Positions 54,165 to 64,000 of a stretch of DNA of 64,000 nucleotides are shown piece by piece. Every line of letters starts with the position of its first letter. Within the stretch, counting starts at the first letter, position 1. The DNA is taken from the NCBI GenBank assembly GCA_016748015.1, contig JAAOMT010000061.1, positions 248,001-312,000 of the forward strand, in the 5' to 3' direction. Below the pieces are notes generated by a model that was not told the DNA's origin, made no database searches, and worked only from the letters and a program-made list of their open reading frames with translations. This stretch comes from Geosiphon pyriformis uo1 (taxonomy: Eukaryota > Fungi > Glomeromycota). Position numbers and translations under genes: made by a program.

Positions 54165-54965
54165 CTGCTAAACTCATTTATTATCCGACTGTTCTAGAGA
54201 ATGAGTACCAAGGTACCTCTCACAGTTCTAAATCAGTCTAGCATATTATGAATTAAAAATAGAGGTAGATAATTTAGAATGAACAAAAATCTTTTTTAAG
54301 TCGTTTACGACTATGAAATTGCGAATTCAAACGCTATTTATAATCTCAGACTAAAAAACTCCATAAAAGCTTAAAATATGTTTTAAAATTATCATTTGCT
54401 TTATTTATGAATTTGAAAGTGAATATATTAAGATTTTTAAAAGCCTTAAACCGTTGTTTCAACGTACAATTTGCATTTATATGCGAAGAAATAAGCAAAG
54501 ATGGTTTTTATCCCTCGTTGCCCATCGAAATGTTGTAAGTTTTTAAAAATTAAGAAACCTATTTATAGATATTTGCTCTTTTAATCCATCTAATTATTCG
54601 ACCATTCTAGGGAATGAGCACCAGGACACTTACCCTCGCAGTTCTAAACCAGTCTGGTATTTTATGAATTAAAAATAGAAACTAATTTAGGACAAACAAA
54701 GTAATTTCATAGACGAAATTTTACTAAAAATTACATAGTAGGTTAAATATGTTCAAAAGATATCGTTATCTTGGGGCTATAAATTTGAAGAGGAATGTAT
54801 CAAGTGTTTTAAAAGCCTTGAACCGTTGTTTCAACATACGAATTGATATATTTTTGAGTTAAACTTATACTCCGAGAAAATATTGAAAAATCAAGTAAAG
54901 AAATAAGCAAAGATGATTTATATCCCTCGTGCCCAACGGAAGGTTGTAAGTTTTTAAAAGTAAAA
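54165..54965 (+). repeat. ~410-bp diverged tandem duplication of the upstream region and exon 1; the first unit has a frameshifted exon 1 (54501-54534)
   Basis: ttctagagaatgagtacca...gaattaaaaatag...aaagccttaaaccgttgtttcaac...gaaataagcaaagATG occurs twice. The first exon-1 copy is 34 nt instead of 33. Confidence 0.8.
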
Positions 54966-55639
54966 ATCTTTCAATTACTTGTAGAATTTCTTTCAAGGAA
55001 TGTTAATCATTTTTTTATTTTTTTGAAATTGGTTTTTATTATTAAATAAATTTTACCCAGTTCCAAGAGCATAGATTATTTTACATAACACGAATTATAA
55101 TAGCAACGGTAGTTTCTATGATATATATCTCTTACTTGATTTTTCTAGCATATCAAATATGGAACGATAGACCAGTGCTTCAACTTGCACGAGAACATGT
55201 TCGTCTCGTTAAAGCGCCAGGTATGAAAAACTTGAAGTTTTTTAAAAAAATTTCAATTTAAAAATATTTACTTAAAATCTTGATCTAAATATAATAGATT
55301 AACGAGAGGTATAATTCATTTTATAATTATAGATATTGAAATGTGTGGTTATGGTACCGACATAGAAATCGTACGAGATGTGTATAAGAGACAGTGATGA
55401 GATTGAATCCACGAGATTCTATACAGATTCATAATGTACCCTTGATATCCCCCCTTCACGAAAAGGCAAGTGAAGAACTAACACAAGAAGAACGAGTAGC
55501 GCGCATCGAAGACCGTTTTCAAGAATTAGAAGGCTTTTTATCGGATTACTTTATTGATACGGGACCGTTAAGACGTTTTAAGGATCAAGCAAAGGATGAT
55601 CCAGAGTTAGCGCGGCGCCCTTCGTCTTATTACGGATAG
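54913..55639 (+). CDS. Copy B of the two-TM gene; middle exons missing from the assembly
   Basis: Exons 54913-54945 and 55061-55220 and the start of exon 3 (55333-55375) are intact. The Tn5 mosaic end follows, then the last exon (55395-55639, ending PSSYYG*). Confidence 0.7.
55376..55394 (+). other. Tn5 mosaic end / Nextera adapter remnant (assembly artefact)
   Basis: Exact 19-mer AGATGTGTATAAGAGACAG located precisely at the exon 3/exon 9 junction. Confidence 0.96.
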
Positions 55640-56856
55640 TTTGTATAGTATGGGAAATGGTATGAAGACGAGTATTCTTAGATTGTAAAGCTTGGGAGGC
55701 ATTTCGGGAGGCGAATGGATTGAGAACTTTTCTATTAATTTTTGAATTTTCAAAAAAAATGTTAATTAATGTAGGCAGTACTGTTCAAAATCATAGACTT
55801 CATGTGTTTAAGATCGTCATTAAGTCCATTGTTAGGCTGATGCTTTCCCAGCCACATATTTAAATGTATGCGTTATGCTCTCTTAATTAAAGATGGCACC
55901 GCCACAATTAAAAGGTTGTAACTCTTAGTTCCAACCTAAAAAATTTCAACTGTCAGGAATTAATTTCCAACTTTTGGATGTTTTAAGTTTAAGAACAATA
56001 TATATTGTATTTCAAATCTAACAAATACTTTCAAAAATAATATAATTAAATAAATTATTAAATTGCGCATAACTTTAATTAGAAACACAATATTAATTGA
56101 TTATCAAATTATTAATTTTACTAACAAAAAACAATTTACTAATTATGGCAATTCTGAATAGTTACAACTATTTTGAAAATCAAAAATAAAAGCAAAAGAT
56201 CGGTTCCTTTATTGCCGATCATTCTCCATATTATTTTCAGAAGGTACTAAGAGTTATAAAGTGGTTTTTTTTTCAAATGTATATCTTTTTCTATTTTTAT
56301 ATTATTGTTAGATTTATCAATCATAAAGGTGCATTGACTAATCAAAAATCCAAATATTTATTTTCAAAAAAGAGTAAAAATGAGTGCACTCGAAAAAAAG
56401 AGACTATTTTGTATTATTCGGTGAATATGTTTTCACTTTGACTCTTTGTATAGATTTAAAATGTTGATATAAACCAACAGTCATCGTTTTTTTTTATTTT
56501 ATGCTATTTCAATATTCTTTAACTGATTCAAATATTTTTATTTAGCAGAAAACCTACTAATAGATATTTACCAAACTACTTTAATCTCTATGGATTGCAC
56601 AAATGTTATTATTCGTCTATTCTAGGGAATGGGCGTTTCTGAGGGTAAGTAATTTATGACAAACAAAGGAAATCTTTTACGATTATCAAAAATTTCGAAT
56701 TCACACGCCCCCCCCTTCGTAATCTCAGACAAAATGACATCGTTTTATTGTGGCTATAAACTTGAATGGAAATTTTAAACCGTTGTTTCAACGTACAATT
56801 TGTCCATATTTTAATCTAAACTTAATTTTAAAAATCAAGTGAAGAAATAAGCAAAG

Positions 56857-58761
56857 ATGGCTTTAATCCCTCGCGGTCACCGAAATCTTGTGAGTTTTAA
56901 AAATTAAAAATCCTTCAATTACTTGTATAATTTCTTTTAAGGAGTATTTTTTTACTTTTGAAATTGGTTTTTTTTAAATAAATTTTATCCAGTTCCAAGA
57001 GCCAAAAAAATTTTATATAACACGAGTTGTAACAGCAGTGGTAGTTTCTATGCTATATTTCTCTTACTTGATTTTTCTAGCATATCAAATATGGAATGAT
57101 AGACCAGTGCTTCAATTTGCACGAGAACATGTTCGTCTCGTTAAAGCGCCAGGTATGAAAAACTTGAAGTTTTTTAAAAAAATTTCAATTTGAAAATATT
57201 TACTTAAAATCTTAATCTAAATATATTAGATTAACGAGAGGTATAATTCATTTTATAATTATAGATATTGAAATGTGTGGTTATGGTACCGACATAGAAA
57301 TCGTACGATGTGACTTTACCTGGAAAAACTGGAGTACCGTACCATTCGATAACTGTGCTCGTCCAGATGGAACAACATGGCTTACAGCTGGTCCAAGGAT
57401 AAACGATCACGATTTCTGTTACTTGTTTAGCGGAAGTGACAAATTATTCTATGGCGACAATGATCAAAAAGGAGATTATTTGCAACGATTAGGATTTTAT
57501 TTCCAGTTTAAGAATATGACAGGATCTGATATTTTAACTAATACTATTCCTGTTGTGGCGGTAAGTAAATTCTTGCGTGTTAGTTTCGGGTTTTTGGATG
57601 TAAAAACGAGATGTAAAAGTTTATACCTTTTAAATCTTAATATAGGTACAATTGTTAGATCCTGATTTTAATCCACTTTGGAATAAGACTAAACCGAATA
57701 CTCAAGAGGTACGAATCTATAAAGTTTTTGAGTTTCCTAAATTTTTTATCAAGAAATTTTAAGCTTTAAACTTTCATATATTTTCTAGAGGAAAGCTGTC
57801 GAGACCGATTTCAGATTACAAAGAAATAATTTTGGTGGAGTTTTTAACCAGAGCACTATTGTAAGTGAAATTAGTTTGGAAATTTTCGGTTTGTCTATTT
57901 TCTTTCTCCTAAATTTACTTTTTATTTCTATAGGTAAAAATGTTTGTCTCAAAATTACAAGAAATAAAACCACATGACATTAGTAGTGTTTTAGGCTTAA
58001 CACCCTCCTATATCAATACAACAATAATATCCCGAGATGCTATCTATTATCCATTACATGAGAGTGAAAAATTTGGTCCTGAACGCAATTCTAGTGGATT
58101 TTTTCAAGTGGAGATGGGCAGTTTTACAATTGAAGTGCAGACTCAGAAACGGTGAGTTTATGACTAATTTTAGCCAGATAAAAATCATGGATAAAATGAA
58201 GTCTTTTACTAATGTTCTTAATGTCAAATAGAGTAAGGACAATCCTTGGAGCCCTTGGTATTGCTGGTGGTGCTTTTGGTATGTATTTCTTTGTATGAGT
58301 TTTGAGATTTAAATTAGATTTTACTGATTTTCTTACAACTAGGTATAATTTTCACCATATACTACATTTTATACGGTGATCGCAAATCAAGACCTTGGTA
58401 ATGTTTTCCCGAACATGAATGTTTGGATTTGATTTTGAAGTTTCCTAGTACTACAAGATATTTTTTTCTAAAATTTCTAATTTTTAACTGCAATAGGGGA
58501 TTAATGCATCGCATGATGAGATTGAATCCACGAGATTCTATACAGATTCATAATGTACCCTTGATATCCCCCCTCTACGAAGCCTCAAGCCAAGAGCTAA
58601 CGCAAGAAGAAAGAATAGCATGTGTTGAAGACCGTATAGAAGGATTAGAAGGCTTATTATCGGAGTACTGTTTCGATACAACACAGTTAAAACGGCTTAG
58701 TGAGCGAATTAAAGACATTCAGCAGTCTCCAGCTAGTTTGAAAGATTTAGAGGCCAATTAA
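56857..58761 (+). CDS. Copy C: complete 9-exon two-transmembrane protein (402 aa), putative PAC/TMEM206- or ENaC/ASIC-fold ion channel
   Basis: Exons 56857-56889, 56993-57152, 57265-57560, 57646-57708, 57789-57860, 57934-58151, 58232-58278, 58343-58397 and 58497-58761 total 1209 nt in one open frame. Intron positions and phases match copy A. Confidence 0.92.
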
Positions 58762-61700
58762 TATGTGGTAACTAACAAGTATTTACTTAAAATATTTAAT
58801 TTCTATACTCATTTTTATCAGTTTCAAATGAACCTAGACTTTAGTTCTCCAGAACCACATCTTTCAAAAAGTTTAACTTTCATACCAAAGAAATCCATTC
58901 ACCAAGCTTCACTTATTTAAATGTTGCCTTAATTGCCAGTCTTTGGTTTTTTTTGAATATTAAAATGTTTATTTTATTAAGGCAAAATAGTAAATATTAT
59001 TTAGCAATGATCAAAATTGTAATTTGAAAATTTTTACGTGAATATAACATAGTATTATTAAATGATGGTAAATTTTTTAATAATATAATACCAATATTTT
59101 GTAAATTATAAATATCAATATATAATTTTGAATATGGCTTTTAATAATAATTAAGAATATTGAAATAGGTTTAATAATATGTTTATTAATATTAATTAAT
59201 TATTACTGATATTTTAAAAAATCATTTCACAGTTTTTATTATTTCTTAATAAAATTTTGTTTTTAAAAAAAAATTTTTTACTAGAATTTTTAATAAATGC
59301 AAAAAATTATTTCATTAATTTACTGTACTTTTTTTTATAAAAAAAAACAATTTTAAAGAATTTTTTACATATTTATTTTATAGCTATTGTTGAAAATAAG
59401 TTTATTTCAATTGTTTTTCCATTTATAATAATAATAATGTTAAAATGATAATATATAAAATAATTTTTTTTTCAAATTATTTATCTAAAAGTAAAAGTTT
59501 TTTGCAATAATTCAATTCGGAAGTAAAAAAAAATTTTCTGATAAAAACAGACAATTACGCTTTTTAAAATTTTCAAAGAAACATCTATTATCATCGTCGT
59601 GTTAAATTTCCTCATTCATCTTCTTAAAGCTATTGAGCATGATCTAACTCAATAAAAATTATGTATCATATTTCTTGAAAATCCAATCAAAACATATCTA
59701 TGAAAGTTTATTAATTTGGATTTCATATTTCAATAAAACTTATTTAAATTAGATTAAAATCAAGGGAATATAATTTTTAATTGTTGAACAAATAAATTAT
59801 ATTCTTTAAAATATGTTATAAATATTAGCCCTCTTTGTAAATTGAATGAAATCATACTTTTTCGGAAATTTCCTTTCAAATTAGCATTGAAAAAATATTT
59901 TTATATATTCATTAATTTTCTTCGAGGTTTAAATGGGATTCTCGACTAAGAGATTGATTATAAAAATTTATCCATCATAGATTCATTCTCATTTCGTCCC
60001 TAGCTTTAACATTTATTCACGATTTAAAGTTGAAATATCTGATAACAGATCTAATAGACAATCAATTTGATCCAATCTTGATTTCGAATAATTCATATTA
60101 TTTCCGCAGTCAAAAACTTATGACTCATCAAAACATAATCCGATGGGCGGATTTTAAAATTAAGTATATTTAGTTTCTATCTCAAAATCTATTCCCTGTA
60201 TTTTCATTAACTGCGGTTAATGAAAATGTTAAATAAATTGAACGTCGATTTGACAAGGAAACCCAAAAAATTCTTTTGTTTTCTCTTGATAAAATTAGAC
60301 ATATCACGTGATTACTTAAAATTCATCTAATTTTTAAATGCCCCCCATTCAAGGTAGAAAAGCTGTTACAAAACCCATTTGTCGTGAAGAAATACTAAAT
60401 GACTATATAACCATAACACAATTGAACCGAATGAATAGAAAGGAATTACAAGGTATGATTGCTTTTTCAATATGGAAATAAATTTAAAAGTAAAAAATTT
60501 CAGGTTCCAGTTAATGAACTTTCCTTTGAAAGGAAGCATATATTCATAATTTTTACTACCTTGATACAAACTTTAGGTTTAGCAGGTCGTTTTGGACTCC
60601 AAACTTGGGGTAATCGGTGGTTGTTATTGGGTCGTTTAAGGTATATTTCAAAAAGCCTTTAGAAAGTATTATTTAATATAAAATCCTGTGATTTCAACAT
60701 TTCAAAATACTATTCATTAAAGGGATTATATGTTTACCGATAAGCATAATAATTGCTGTAAACTCGAGAAGACAAACTCGAAACAGGCCAGAGTGCTTGA
60801 ATGGGCTGAATTTTTATTGGATATGTCGGTCGCTTCGTGAGTTTAATTGATAAATCTGATAAAGAGAATCAAAATATGGAAATAATTTTATTTAAAAAAT
60901 TCTTATCTCAAGGTTTTTAACCTTTTGGAAAGAATATTATTCTTTTCTGCCAATTGCCGATGCATTTCTTGAGGCAGATGTGAAAATGAGGTATTTTATT
61001 AGAAATATTTAGTTCTTTAATGTTCAAGATATTTTTTTTAATTAATACTTTCCTTTAGAAATAGACAAGTTAAAGGCTCTTCAATTAAGATGTCCTTAAG
61101 TTATATTCTTAATTAAAGTCAAGGTTAAGTTTTCGGTAAGATTATTTTTTCATTTTAATATCCTATCATAAGGGACTCTTTTTGACGGGGGTGTTTGGCA
61201 GGATTTTATGACGTCTTTACTAGGTTTAAGATCTTTAATTTGGGATGGGTAAAACTTTTCATTTTAAAGACTTTTAAGTTTGATTTTTTAAAAATCAAGA
61301 TTTTCAGAAATTGCCAAATATTGGTATAAATATCAAATTTTTACCAAAATTAACTTGCACAAAGTTATTTCTATAATGAAGCCTTTAGTTTTTATCGGGT
61401 ATCTCTCTAAATGCACTATACTACACATTGAAAAGAATAAATTCGAAAGAGAATAAATAGTGATTTAGTTTGATTTAAAAAAATCTCATTGGAGTTTCAT
61501 AAACCTTTTTATCAATCATCCCTGAAATATTTTGTCCTATAAAATTGAAATAATTATAAATATATTATAAAAATATAAATTTTAATTAGAAAATTTTTTT
61601 GGTAGGTCTAATTTTGCGAGTTCACACATGTACAGTATATCCAAAACCCTTTGATTGAGATATGAAACGAGAAATGGTGGAAATGTCTGAAAATTTAACG

Positions 61701-62516
61701 TTTAAGAAGTTAAATATTTTTAAAGAGTGTAAAAAGAAAAAATAATTTTTGAGCAATTTTTACAAAAAAAAAAAACTCAAACTTTTAAAAAAAATTGTCC
61801 CGTCATTTTAAAGAAGTAGACCAGTAAATAAAACGAAAAATTGTACAATATATATATATATATATATTTTTTGTATAATTAGAAAATTATTTGTGAATTA
61901 CATAATAAAAACAAGAATTCCACCAAAATTAAAAGCTCAGCATCTTTTATTTTATTCATTATTTATTTTTAATTATTTTTCTTATTAAAAAAAAAAGGTG
62001 ATTAAAAAATATTTTTAAACCAACTTCATATCAAAAAAGTACAATTAATATTAAAAAAATCAATTAATTACTTGGCGTTATACAATAATTCTTTAAGAAA
62101 TCCCAAATTTAATTTTTTAGACATAGGATGAATTGGTTGAGTACCTTTATGCCAATGTTTACCATGTTTTGAAATTAATGGTAATATTTTTAAAAATGGG
62201 TTTTAATTTTTTTTATTAAAATAAACAATCTTTAAATCTTTGTATCTATTTTTTTTTGACATTCATAAATTAATTTAACTTTTAAATCTTTAAAGATTGA
62301 TTTTTAATATTTTTTGTAACATTTTGTTTACTTGATAAAAATATAACAGAATTTTAGATTATTAAAATTGTAAATTAAAATAAATTATATGCATTCAAAA
62401 AAAAATATATTTCATAAAATTAAATTAATTAATTAATTATTTACTATTTTAAATTTTGATACTTAGTAAATAATATTAAAAGAATTAAAACTTTCTATTT
62501 TCTTAATTTTATAACC

Positions 62517-63200
62517 ATGACCAGAGCAAAGAGTAAAAAAGAAACAAACCACCACTTTTTTTACAAAATATTGAAAAAGTGTTTTTTTTTAATTATTACA
62601 AATACAAAACAGTTTTTAGTTGTTTTAATAACATCATTTTTTCTTTTTTTGTTAAAAATTCTTTTTTAGTCAAAATTTTATTAAATCAACACATCAAAAC
62701 CAGTTCTAATGTTGGCATTGCCATCACAAAAAGTCTCAAAATTTTTAACAAGCTAGTAATAAAGTAACTGTTTTGTTTTGAAAAATAGAGCTTTGGGTTT
62801 TTTGTTTAATATTAATTTTTTTATTAATTCTGTTTTATTACTACTAACAACAATATTGTTTTTTTTTAATTTAACAACAGCAATAATAAATTTATTAATA
62901 TAAAATACAAATAACTATTAATACTTTAAAAGATTGTATTTGGTAAAAAAAAATTAAATATATACTGTTATAAGTATTAAAATTCAAATTATTTTATTGG
63001 TAAATTAAATACAAAAAAACCATTTTTGATGTTTAATTTAGTTTAATATATAAAATTAATATAAGTTTAATTAACTAATTACATATAAAAAAACACATAA
63101 ATAATATATTATTATAAACATATATATAGTAAATATATACATAAATAATAAAAGAAATGTATTTATTTATTTAAATCCAATTAATAAATAAAAACTTGTT
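62517..63200 (+). mobile_element. Decayed, internally deleted ORF1-only-family element
   Basis: ATG ACC AGA GCA AAG AGT AAA AAA start shared with 45540; 62900-63000 resembles the ORF1 segment at 44400-44500; 3' motif at ~63065-63110. Confidence 0.45.
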
Positions 63201-64000
63201 TTTTTTTTAATTTTTACAATTATATTTAAATCAAAAAGTAAAACATAAAAACAACTGCTAGTTTTTTTTATAGCAATTAAAAATATCAAGATTCAAATAA
63301 GTTTTTTTAAAACATAAAAATAACTAAATAAAATATTGTAAAAATTATTTCTTTAAAAATTGCTTAAAACTTTAATTTTTTATTAAAAACATTAATTATA
63401 ATAATTTGTTCCAATCTAATTATAAACAAACTTTTTTTTTAATTTAAATAATAATAATAATTATAATATATTTATTAAGATAAATACAGATTAATAAATA
63501 ATTAGATTACTTAAATACTATTATTTTTTAACAAATTATTATTGATTGTAAAAGCAAAACAAGTTTATATTTTAATATAAAATTTTATCTAATTATATTA
63601 TAAAACAGTTTTTTTTTATAAATATTTTTAATTTTAATAATGTTTTTAAAATTATTAATGATTAATAAAAATATTTTATAAGTAAGTAGTTTTTACTTTA
63701 ATATTTCATGTTTTTTTTTTCAAATTTATCTATTGTTTATTTAAAAATTGTATTTTAAGTTAATTACCAAGAATAATATTTATGTTTTTCTGTATAAAAT
63801 TTATATTTCAAAATTTTTTGAATGCTATTATTAAAATTTAATTTATTGATTTTCTATTTTTTACTACTTTTAAAATAATTTTTTTATTAGCTATTAAGAA
63901 TAAGTTTACTATAAAAATATAAAACAAATATGTGTAACAATTTTTTTAAAATTGTTGGTTATAAATAATTTTTCCTGGTAATGAAACCTAAATAATAATA

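Noticed and set aside
55376-55394. Possible genuine Tn5/IS50 insertion or bacterial horizontal transfer
   Set aside because: The mosaic end is a synthetic sequence, single, without transposase or TSD, and sits at a chimeric junction; it is a library adapter.
60366-61100. Possible small spliced gene in CpG-intact DNA (ORFs 60366-60569, 60459-60662)
   Set aside because: Could not assemble a consistent exon chain or recognise a motif; needs RNA-seq.

Overview
Very AT-rich eukaryotic DNA, most likely from a Glomeromycotina/Mucoromycota-type fungus (inferred from short GT-AG introns, composition and element types). Positions 1 to ~48.9 kb and ~62.4-64 kb are a nested graveyard of retroelements eroded by C>T/G>A hypermutation. 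They include two complete Ty3/Gypsy elements back to back (8195-18290 minus; 18450-26694 plus), three solo LTRs, one full-length RNase H-bearing LINE (~26.9-35.47 kb), several truncated LINEs, and ORF1-only elements that share the LINE 3' end. Gypsy-1 carries a Cys-rich block and a dUTPase between protease and RT, and both Gypsy elements have an extra ORF after integrase. The CpG-intact island (~48.9-62 kb) holds a tandem array of three copies of a 9-exon gene for a ~400-aa two-transmembrane protein. Its motifs line up with PAC/TMEM206 and ENaC/ASIC-type trimeric ion channels, which makes it the best candidate for an undescribed system here. Two assembly artefacts affect this array: a 298-bp overlap duplicated across a 20-N gap, and a Tn5/Nextera mosaic-end sequence at 55376-55394. 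Boundaries of the decayed repeats are approximate. All homology calls were made by eye and from memory, with no database search.
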